DNA of 17,956 bases, from positions 1 through 17,956 of the forward strand of contig JAFGOA010000200.1 in the NCBI GenBank assembly GCA_016926735.1. The letters are read 5' to 3'. Under the pieces are notes generated by a model, which saw nothing but the letters and a program-made list of their open reading frames with translations, did no database searches and was not told where the DNA came from. The stretch comes from Promethearchaeota archaeon (GTDB lineage Archaea > Asgardarchaeota > Lokiarchaeia > Sigyniarchaeales > SOKP01). Every line of letters starts with the position of its first letter. Positions within the stretch are counted from its first letter, which is position 1. This document shows positions 1 through 7,624 of the stretch, piece by piece. Both the position numbers and the translations under genes were made by a program.

Positions 1-37
1 AAAAAAAAAAAAAAAAAACAAATAAAAAAAAAAAAAA
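1..37 (-). terminator. Long oligo-T tract on the minus strand, archaeal-type terminator for the 49..579 gene
   Basis: Positions 1-37 are almost all A on + (18 consecutive A at 1-18), i.e. poly-U in the minus-strand transcript, 11 nt after the TAG stop at 49-51. Confidence 0.55.
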
Positions 38-48
38 TACTTTGGTTT

Positions 49-579
49 CTATAATTCTTTATTCATTCCAGGAATGACATCTTGTAAAATTACTAATGTT
101 AATAGTATAAAGACAATACCATAGTACCATACAGAACTCAACCATGGAGTAAGCAATTCTGTATAGAGTTTTATATAGTAACTGTAAAATAATCCATTAA
201 TGAATAAGATTGCTAAGAGAATAACCCATGCTATATAAAGAGTATTTCTTTTTGCTGTTTCTTTTTCAAGTCCAGGGACTATTTTTATTTTATTATTCAT
301 AGCCAAAGTAATTTTACTCATCAATGGGAAGAAAGCTATGCAACTGAAGACTATTAGATCTACTAACATTCTACCTCCTAATCCTACAACATGAACTGTA
401 CCTACATCATATCCATAGATTGCATTCGCGAATCCAGCAGCACTGGTGGCGGCCATGATGAAATCTACAAGGAGGAGAATTAATCCGTAAGCTCCAGCTA
501 TTAGGGCAATAAAATCAGCTACTTTTTTATATCCCCATTTAGCTAACAGATCTTTAAAAGAACCACTTTTTTCTGCCAT
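49..579 (-). CDS. Hypothetical integral membrane protein (about 4 TM helices)
   Basis: 176-aa ORF with ATG start. Hydrophobic segments FIALIAGAYGLILLLVDFIMA, MLVDLIVFSCIAFFPLM, LYIAWVILLAILFINGLFY and VWYYGIVFILLTLVIL. No recognised family motif. Confidence 0.8.
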   Translation of the reverse strand: MAEKSGSFKDLLAKWGYKKVADFIALIAGAYGLILLLVDFIMAATSAAGFANAIYGYDVGTVHVVGLGGRMLVDLIVFSCIAFFPLMSKITLAMNNKIKIVPGLEKETAKRNTLYIAWVILLAILFINGLFYSYYIKLYTELLTPWLSSVWYYGIVFILLTLVILQDVIPGMNKEL

Positions 580-794
580 AATTTTTCACTTTATGTTTTA
601 AAATTTTTTTTTAATTTAATTTATAATTTTATTTGGTGAAAGTATATTATTTAAATTTTATTTAAATTCTATATATAAATGATTATTTATCTAGAATTAA
701 ATAATCAAAAAAAAGACAAAAACTGGATTCGATTTGATTTAATAATTTATCAAATTTCTTTAAAAGTAAGGAAATAAAAAAAAAAATTTAAAAT

Positions 795-1880
795 ATGAAG
801 AAGAAATTTATAGCCATTAGTATTCTTTTATCAATCGTTATAACCAGCATTTTTTTAGTAGGAGTTCTTGCATATGCGACTTATGGTCATATAGATGAAT
901 CTCTTCAATATAATTATAAAATGTCTGGAAATGAAACCGAAGAAATAAGTTTAGATGCAGATATTTGTAATATTGAAATAAATTACAATAATACAATGAT
1001 GCCTACCAATATTTCTATGATAATTTATTTAGAGATCCATTTTGAGGGTATTTTTTTGGAAGGAAAGACATATGAGAATTATTTTGAACCAATAAATACA
1101 GTAAACAATAGTATTAAAAAAGATTTAACCTTAAGAACTAAGCAAAACAATTGGTGTGACCCCTCATGTTGGTTTAGAAAAGGATATGTTAGACTTACAG
1201 CAATCTTACGGACAGATTTAAAATATAATATTACTTGTTTAGTTAGTACTGGAAATATAATTTTAACTACAAAGGAATATCAATCATTTAATGAAGTATC
1301 TTTATCAACTTCAACAGGTAATATTAATTTAAATTCGAAGGGTACCAATTTTGAAAAAGAACTATTACTTTCAACGATCACAGGAAATATTTTACTGAAT
1401 TCTGATGATTCTCATTTCTTAAATGATATTAACATAGTTTCTAGTACTGGAAATATCTATCTTACACAAAATAATTGTGTTATGCAGTCAAATCTTCAAA
1501 TGTCAGTTATAACAGGAAATATCAACTTGGCACAAAATAATATTACAAATAATTATAATAATACTTGGAATATAATCACACAAACTGGAAATATAGATAT
1601 AATAATCGATCAAGGTATTGACTTAGGAGGAAATATAGAAGGATTAATCATGAGTTCTACAGGAAATTTAGTAATTCAATATTACGACAACCAAATAAAT
1701 ACAGGTAGTAAATTCACTGGAAACGTAATCACAGGAACAAAAACATACACAAATGGTGGTGGTTTTATTCAAGAGGGAAATATATTTCGATCCTTAGATT
1801 TCCCTACTTCTCAATTTAGTTATGATTTTTTATTACAATCTAATACAGGTAATATCTATATTTTTGCATGTAGTTCTTAG
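795..1880 (+). CDS. Membrane-anchored beta-strand-repeat protein, DUF4097/putative adhesin-like
   Basis: MKKK followed by an N-terminal hydrophobic helix. Repeated xTGNI motif at 22-aa spacing (codons at 1248, 1314, 1380, 1446, 1512), then at 24-25 aa. Asn/Thr/Ser/Ile-rich with several N-x-S/T sequons. Confidence 0.75.
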   Translation: MKKKFIAISILLSIVITSIFLVGVLAYATYGHIDESLQYNYKMSGNETEEISLDADICNIEINYNNTMMPTNISMIIYLEIHFEGIFLEGKTYENYFEPINTVNNSIKKDLTLRTKQNNWCDPSCWFRKGYVRLTAILRTDLKYNITCLVSTGNIILTTKEYQSFNEVSLSTSTGNINLNSKGTNFEKELLLSTITGNILLNSDDSHFLNDINIVSSTGNIYLTQNNCVMQSNLQMSVITGNINLAQNNITNNYNNTWNIITQTGNIDIIIDQGIDLGGNIEGLIMSSTGNLVIQYYDNQINTGSKFTGNVITGTKTYTNGGGFIQEGNIFRSLDFPTSQFSYDFLLQSNTGNIYIFACSS

Positions 1881-1906
1881 ATTAAACAAAATAATCATTT
1901 AACTAA

Positions 1907-1948
1907 TTCTTTTCTTTTTCTTTTACAAAAAAAAAATAAAAAATAAAT
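1907..1948. terminator. Bidirectional oligo-T/oligo-A terminator between convergent genes
   Basis: ttcttttctttttctttt followed directly by aaaaaaaaaataaaaaataaa, between the stops of 795..1880 (+) and pyk (-). Confidence 0.55.
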
Positions 1949-1978
1949 TACTATTTCTTCAGGTTGTTAATAATAGAG

Positions 1979-3442
1979 TTATTGTTTTGATGAATTTTCA
2001 AGGATTTCTCCAACATAATAGAATCCAATTAAATTTCCACGTCTTTGAAATTTTCTTGAAACTAATAGAATAATAACGTGCTCATTTTCATATAAAGCTT
2101 TATTCTCAACAGCAAACTTTACGGAATGTTCAATAATATCTTCAGCACTCATATTAAAAAAATCAATATTTTCAATATGAAAAGGATGGGCCCCCCATAC
2201 AAGATGTAGTTCTCTTGCTGTTTTTTTTGAAGGGGTCATTGCAATTATTGGTAATGGTGGTCTGTATTTCGAAGTCATCTTTACACCATACCCTCCTCGT
2301 GTTATAATTAATATTTTTCCTCTAAAATTGAGCTCCTTCATTTCATTCGCGAGGGAATAAATAGCATGTCCTACAGTTTGAGTATGTGTTAGTCTTTCAG
2401 AATCATAATTATCTGGTATTCGCTCCGGCATATATTCATTAGCAGTATAGGCAACATCATTCATAAATTGTACTGCTTTTAAAGGATATTTACCAACGGC
2501 AGTTTCAGCAGAAAGCATAACAGCATCTGTACCATCTAAAACAGCATTAAAGACATCAGCAGCTTCTGCTCTTGTAGGAATAGGTGAATTTATCATAGAT
2601 TCTAGCATTTGTGTTGCAACAATCACTAGTTTTCCTTCTCGATTGCATTTATAGATTAGTTCTTTTTGAACTAAAGGTACCTTATCAGGTGTAATTTCAA
2701 CACCTAAATCTCCTCTTGCAATCATAATTCCATCTGATACGTCTAGGATTTGGTCAAAATTTTCTATAGCTATTGGTCTTTCTATTTTTGCTATAAGTTT
2801 AATGGAGTCGTTACCATAATTATTCAGTATTTTTCTGACATGGAGCATTTCATCTCCATTGGAAACAAAAGATACAGCTACATAATCAATATTCAGATTT
2901 GCTATTAATTCAAGGTCTTTAATATCTTTTTCTGTAGGAATTTTTTGATGGAGTTGTCCTGTAGGGATATTTACTCCTTTATTTGTACTTATATTTCCTC
3001 CGGTTATGACCTCTCCTATTATATGATCTTTTTTCTTTTCTTTTACTCTGATTTTAATAATACCATCATTAATATAGAAATAATCTCCTTCATCTACAGA
3101 ATCTAAAAACCCCTCCAAAGGAATCGAAAATTCTTCATTATTTCCTATAATTTCTTTTTCATATATCTTAACTAATTGTTCAGATGATAAATAATAAGAT
3201 TGATCATTATCAAACTTTCCAACTCTAATCTTAGGACCTTGAATATCTGCCAGTATTCCAATATAATCATCAACTTCTCTAATTTTTTTTACTAAAGTCC
3301 TTTTCTCATCATGAGTTCCATGGGAAAAATTTAAACGAAAAGTCTCAACTCCAGTATCTATTAACTTTTTAATCATTTCTTTAGATTCACTTACAGGACC
3401 TAAAGTTGCTATAATTTTTATGATATTTTCTCGGAATTTCAT
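1979..3442 (-). CDS. pyk: Pyruvate kinase
   Basis: Canonical motifs IIATLGP, FRLNFSHG, ADIQGPKIR, KGVNIP, IAKIE, DGIMIARGDLGVE, ATQMLESM, PTRAE and DGTDAVMLSAETA; 487 aa. Confidence 0.98.
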   Translation of the reverse strand: MKFRENIIKIIATLGPVSESKEMIKKLIDTGVETFRLNFSHGTHDEKRTLVKKIREVDDYIGILADIQGPKIRVGKFDNDQSYYLSSEQLVKIYEKEIIGNNEEFSIPLEGFLDSVDEGDYFYINDGIIKIRVKEKKKDHIIGEVITGGNISTNKGVNIPTGQLHQKIPTEKDIKDLELIANLNIDYVAVSFVSNGDEMLHVRKILNNYGNDSIKLIAKIERPIAIENFDQILDVSDGIMIARGDLGVEITPDKVPLVQKELIYKCNREGKLVIVATQMLESMINSPIPTRAEAADVFNAVLDGTDAVMLSAETAVGKYPLKAVQFMNDVAYTANEYMPERIPDNYDSERLTHTQTVGHAIYSLANEMKELNFRGKILIITRGGYGVKMTSKYRPPLPIIAMTPSKKTARELHLVWGAHPFHIENIDFFNMSAEDIIEHSVKFAVENKALYENEHVIILLVSRKFQRRGNLIGFYYVGEILENSSKQ

Positions 3443-3689
3443 TTAAACCAATTTTTATACAAATTAAATTTATTAATAATATTATTTTTACTAATTCTTA
3501 AATATTTATAAAAATCCATAGATAGAGTCTTGCATCTGATGATCTAACAGAAAAAATTCAGATTAATCCTAAAATCCTTTAAAATCAGAAAAATAGTTCG
3601 AAAAGTACACCTCAAACATTTAAAAAAACTTCGATTTTATCATAATTAGAAACGTAATTTTACTATTAAAAAAAAAAGGTTAAGGAAGA

Positions 3690-6011
3690 TTGATCAAAAA
3701 AAAAAATCTATACAATATAAAAATCTTTACAATACTATTATTAGTAATATTCACATTATCTTCTTTATTAATTCCATTTTCAACTAATTCTAAAGTAAAT
3801 AGTGATAAAAATAACCAATTGAAGAATAATCTAAATGAATTATATGAAGTTTATTATAAAGATACAGAAGATGTGGCAAAAGATGTTTTTGTAAGTGGTG
3901 ATTTTGCATATATAGCTAATAGTGTTTATGGTTTGGCAATCATTAATATTTCAGATCCACAAGAAAACCTAAGTGACCCTATATATATAGAATTGGAGGG
4001 AGGAGATGCACAAGGTGTATTTGTAGATGGTGATTTTGCATATATTGCTAATGGTTTTCATGGTTTAGCAATCATTAATATTTCAAATCCACAAGAACTA
4101 AGTAATCCTGTTTATTGTGATATAAATGGAAATGCGAACGAAGTTTATATACAAGGCACTTTCGCATATGTTACAGATATTGAATCTGGTCTAGCTATTA
4201 TTAATATTTCTAATCCACAGAAACCAGAATTAATAAATTATTATGGTTTTAATGGTGGTTATGCATCCGATATTTGTGTGTATGGAAACTATGCTTATGT
4301 GGCGAATTATGGTGTTGGTTTAGCAATTATTGATATCTCAGATCCAATAAATTTAGGTGAACCTATATTTCATGATGTTTTAAGCCATAAAGAAATACGT
4401 TCTGTCTATAAGAATGAATTTTATCTATATGTAGGTGGTGGGAATGAATTAGCTATTATTTATAGTTTAGATCCTACAAATCTAGGAGATTCTTATATTT
4501 ATAATACATATGGAGAAACAATTGAGGATATTGATGTTAGAGAAAATATTGCTTATCTTTCAGAATATAATCATGGACTAACTATTATAAATGTTTCTCA
4601 ACCATGGAATTCAGAAATTATTAATAATATAGATACTGAAGGAAATGCACATGGAATATGTGTAAGTGGAGATTATGCATTTATAGCGAACTGGGATTTT
4701 GGTTTAGCCTGTATTAGGGTTCAAATTACCGATCTTATTGATCCGATCATTATAAGTGCTCAGGAGGATCTTATTGTAGAATCTGGACATTCTAATACCC
4801 TATTAAGTTGGACGGCATTTGATACTTATCCGAATACCTATAGGATTATTCGTTTAGGAGTGTGGGGAGCAGTAGCAGAAGGCTCCTGGCAGAGTGAAGA
4901 TCGTGTTAGCTATGCTCCCCCTGCAAATTTAGGAGTTGGAACGCATACATATAGAATAATTTTTTCAGATTTAGGGGATAATGAAATTTCTGATGATGTA
5001 GTAATTACTGTAGAAGATACCATACGCCCGTATTTGAGTGCAACAGCATCTGACCTAATATTAGAGGAAGGATATGCAAATAAGTTCTTAACTTGGACTG
5101 CTACTGATCCTAATCCAAATACATATACCGTTACTATTGAAGGAACAGATCTTATTGATGGTCCATATTCATGGACAAGTGCAAATCAAATTAACTATAA
5201 GATCCCTGAAGGACTAAAAGTTGGCACATATGTTTGTACGATAAATATTACTGATAAATATAATCATTACAATATTGACGAAACAATAATTACTGTAGAA
5301 GATACAATACGCCCATATTGGAGTGCAACTGCATCTGATCTAATATTAGAAGTAGAATATACCAATAAGGTCTTAAATTGGACTGCTACTGATCCTAATC
5401 CAAGTACATATACAATTGTTATTAAAGGATTAGAATTTATTGATGGTCCAAATTCATGGACAAGCGGAAATCAAATTAATTATACCATCCCAGAAGGACT
5501 AAACGTTGGCACATATGTTTGTACGATAAATATTACTGATAAATATAATCATTTTAATATTGATGAAGTAATAATTACCGTGAGAGATACTAAAAAACCA
5601 GAATTAATCATAGATGATACAGATATATTCTTAGAGGTAGGATTTCATGATCAGACAATAAGTTGGATTGCTAAGGATCCTAATCCATACAATTATATAG
5701 TATTGTTTAATGGAATATTTATCGTTGATGGACCTCATTCATGGACTAGTGGAAATCGAATATATTATTTAATTCCTGAGGATTTACCAGTAAATACGTA
5801 TATTTATACTATAAATGTTACAGATAAATATAATAATTTTATTATAGCTCATGTGAGTGTTATGGTATATCCCAAAACTGATGATAATTCCAAATCTCAA
5901 TTTATCCCTGGTCCCAACTTACCAATATTTCTTTCATTATCTTTGTTCTCAATAATATTAGTTATTATAGTTATATATAAAAAAGAAAAGATAAGATATG
6001 ACCGAAACTAA
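3690..6011 (+). CDS. Cell-surface protein: LVIVD-repeat beta-propeller, four Ig-like repeats and a C-terminal IPG-TM-basic sorting signal
   Basis: TTG start after aagga. N-terminal basic plus hydrophobic signal. Seven repeats of the type GxAxxVxVxGDFAYIAxxxxGLAIINISDP. Four ~93-95 aa repeats with WTAxDPNP / GPxSWTS / INITD. Ends FIPGPNLPIFLSLSLFSIILVIIVIYKKEK. Confidence 0.9.
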   Translation: MIKKKNLYNIKIFTILLLVIFTLSSLLIPFSTNSKVNSDKNNQLKNNLNELYEVYYKDTEDVAKDVFVSGDFAYIANSVYGLAIINISDPQENLSDPIYIELEGGDAQGVFVDGDFAYIANGFHGLAIINISNPQELSNPVYCDINGNANEVYIQGTFAYVTDIESGLAIINISNPQKPELINYYGFNGGYASDICVYGNYAYVANYGVGLAIIDISDPINLGEPIFHDVLSHKEIRSVYKNEFYLYVGGGNELAIIYSLDPTNLGDSYIYNTYGETIEDIDVRENIAYLSEYNHGLTIINVSQPWNSEIINNIDTEGNAHGICVSGDYAFIANWDFGLACIRVQITDLIDPIIISAQEDLIVESGHSNTLLSWTAFDTYPNTYRIIRLGVWGAVAEGSWQSEDRVSYAPPANLGVGTHTYRIIFSDLGDNEISDDVVITVEDTIRPYLSATASDLILEEGYANKFLTWTATDPNPNTYTVTIEGTDLIDGPYSWTSANQINYKIPEGLKVGTYVCTINITDKYNHYNIDETIITVEDTIRPYWSATASDLILEVEYTNKVLNWTATDPNPSTYTIVIKGLEFIDGPNSWTSGNQINYTIPEGLNVGTYVCTINITDKYNHFNIDEVIITVRDTKKPELIIDDTDIFLEVGFHDQTISWIAKDPNPYNYIVLFNGIFIVDGPHSWTSGNRIYYLIPEDLPVNTYIYTINVTDKYNNFIIAHVSVMVYPKTDDNSKSQFIPGPNLPIFLSLSLFSIILVIIVIYKKEKIRYDRN
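3870..4720 (+). repeat. Seven LVIVD-type repeats (about 40-45 aa each), predicted 7-bladed beta-propeller
   Basis: GLAIINISDP, GLAIINISNP (twice), GLAIIDISDP, ELAIIYSLDP, GLTIINVSQP and GLACIRV, each preceded by a YAY/FAY-type strand. Confidence 0.85.
4725..5860 (+). repeat. Four tandem intragenic Ig-like domain repeats (279-285 bp period)
   Basis: The anchor attac(t/c)g starts at 4725, 5004, 5289 and 5574. Units 2 and 3 share long identical DNA stretches, e.g. gttggcacatatgtttgtacgataaatattactgataaatataatcatt. Confidence 0.9.
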
Positions 6012-6062
6012 TTTTATTTTCTTTTATTTTTTTTTATTTTGAAAATATATATTATTTTTTAA
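6012..6062. terminator. Oligo-T terminator after the surface-protein gene, in a convergent gap
   Basis: attttattttcttttatttttttttatttt directly follows the TAA at 6009-6011. Confidence 0.5.
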
Positions 6063-6512
6063 TTAAGATTTTTCCAAAATCTTTTGAATTCCTTCTATTT
6101 TAGTTTTAAATTTCTTATGAATTGTCTCGAATGTATTAATGATCTCAAAATAACTATCAATCTCTTTTAATTCTTTCAATAGAAGTAGATTTACTCTTTG
6201 GGTTTTAGGGTGAATAGAAAATTGAACTAAACGGAGATTGGTTTCTAGAGCTAGTTTTTTAGTTAAAAGTACAATTAAGTCAGAACTTTGTGATGCTAAT
6301 ACATATGCTAAAAAAAACCGTTGTTTAGGAGAACTATGATAATTTTTGAATTGGAAAAGGTATAATCTGGATTTTACAGAATCAATTTTATAGATATTTT
6401 TTATTTTTAATAACTTAATATCATTATCTACTATTTCAGATATAGGAGGGTATCTCCCTCTAATTTTCTTACTTTGTATTTTTAATTCTTTTATAATATC
6501 TTGATATCTCAT
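6063..6512 (-). CDS. Hypothetical protein (alpha/beta, 149 aa)
   Basis: ATG start, non-overlapping ORF, amphipathic helix/strand pattern. No recognised motif. Confidence 0.75.
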   Translation of the reverse strand: MRYQDIIKELKIQSKKIRGRYPPISEIVDNDIKLLKIKNIYKIDSVKSRLYLFQFKNYHSSPKQRFFLAYVLASQSSDLIVLLTKKLALETNLRLVQFSIHPKTQRVNLLLLKELKEIDSYFEIINTFETIHKKFKTKIEGIQKILEKS

Positions 6513-6708
6513 CTTTTAAGTAATATAATCGATATTATTTCAATTAAATTTATAAATCAACTAATTAATTAAGAGATTCATCTCTAAAGAATGTAAATAT
6601 TACCATCCTAATATGTTTTAAATACCTTTATTTTAAAAAAAAAAAGAAAAAAATATATATTAAAAATTGGACATTTTTTTGTATTTTCGAATTTTTGTCG
6701 CAATCTTT

Positions 6709-7093
6709 AAATATCCATTTTATCTCATATAATATGTTTAAAATTTATCAAAAAAGAGTGAGCTTATTCCAGAATATCTTTAAAATATAGGCCTTGGGGA
6801 TTAAAAGATATTCATAAGAGAAAAAAAAAATTATTATTGAGGGATTGCTAAAATTGGCATTAATTCCTTATCTGGATGAAAATGAAATTAGCCTTAACAA
6901 ATTCATAGATTTTGATCGAGATCAAAATGTTTTTTATAATAATTTATATATTAAAGACTGTGATTTTGTAGTTAAAATACCTCTTTCAGAAGAAAAAATC
7001 AAACCAAATAAAATTAAAATTGAAAAATTTAATCTTACTAAATATACTTACCTTCTTGATTACGAATAGAAATAAAATATCCATTTTGTCTCA
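6709..7093 (+). repeat. 19-bp direct repeat (18/19 identical) flanking the 74-aa ORF
   Basis: aaatatccattttatctca at 6709-6727 and aaatatccattttgtctca at 7075-7093. Confidence 0.7.
6845..7069 (+). CDS. Small hypothetical protein (74 aa)
   Basis: TTG start directly after a purine-rich gaggga. Occupies an otherwise empty interval and has a protein-like mixed composition. The exact start is uncertain. Confidence 0.6.
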   Translation: MLKLALIPYLDENEISLNKFIDFDRDQNVFYNNLYIKDCDFVVKIPLSEEKIKPNKIKIEKFNLTKYTYLLDYE

Positions 7094-7126
7094 ATTTCAA
7101 AGAAACTCTTAGCTAGTTCAATTTTT

Positions 7127-7240
7127 TTAAAGATTTTTAAGTTTATTCCAACATGAAAAACATAAATAATCTTTATTTTCTAAGATAACTATGTCTTTTT
7201 TTGCTCTAATCATTCCACAATTTTTACATTTTATTTTCAT
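7127..7240 (-). CDS. 37-aa zinc-finger microprotein (CxxC-x18-CxxC), not in the ORF track
   Basis: Hand translation from ATG at 7240 to TAA at 7129-7127: MKIKCKNCGMIRAKKDIVILENKDYLCFSCWNKLKNL. An in-frame TAA upstream at 7265-7267 bounds the ORF. Confidence 0.8.
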   Translation of the reverse strand: MKIKCKNCGMIRAKKDIVILENKDYLCFSCWNKLKNL

Positions 7241-7624
7241 TATCTTATTAAAAACTTCTTTTTTTTAAATTACATCGAATAATCAACATTTGGTAAAATA
7301 TGTGATAGCATCAAATTTCTATATCCTTCGCTGTTTTTATACTTTTATTTATAAAATTACTTGAATTTGGTTGACTTAATTTTTTGAAAAAAAGAGAAAT
7401 GAAAAGAGTCCTAATTCGAATTAAAAAAATAAAAGGAAGAGATAATTAAACTTTTTTTAGTTTAATAGAGGGCGAAATCCAATGTTAAATTTCGAATCTA
7501 TGGACCCCTTCCAGTTAAGTTAATTTTAATTTTACAAGTTAAAAAGATTAAACCAAAAAAGCTTTTTCCGTGTTATCGCAACAAACAAAAATAAGAGTTT
7601 TTATAAATGAGATTATAAATTCTT

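Noticed and set aside
1-37. Poly-A run considered as a retroelement tail
   Set aside because: Similar A/T tracts occur in other intergenic gaps here and fit terminators. The run length may also be a sequencing artefact at the window edge.
3500-3660. Short atctga/tcagat inverted repeat and aaaatc repeats in the pyk/surface-protein divergent gap
   Set aside because: Only 6-7 bp matches, not beyond chance.
4725-5860. Tandem DNA repeats considered as a CRISPR array or a DGR template/variable pair
   Set aside because: They are in-frame 285-bp protein-domain repeats without spacers, the differences are not adenine-specific, and no reverse transcriptase is nearby.
6734-6790. 18-codon ORF MFKIYQKRVSLFQNIFKI downstream of a TATA-like tttaaata, a possible leaderless uORF
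   Set aside because: Too short and featureless to distinguish from chance.
7441-7512. Hairpin considered as a SECIS element or tRNA
   Set aside because: No cloverleaf or clear SECIS core, and none of the accepted genes ends at a TGA that could be selenocysteine.
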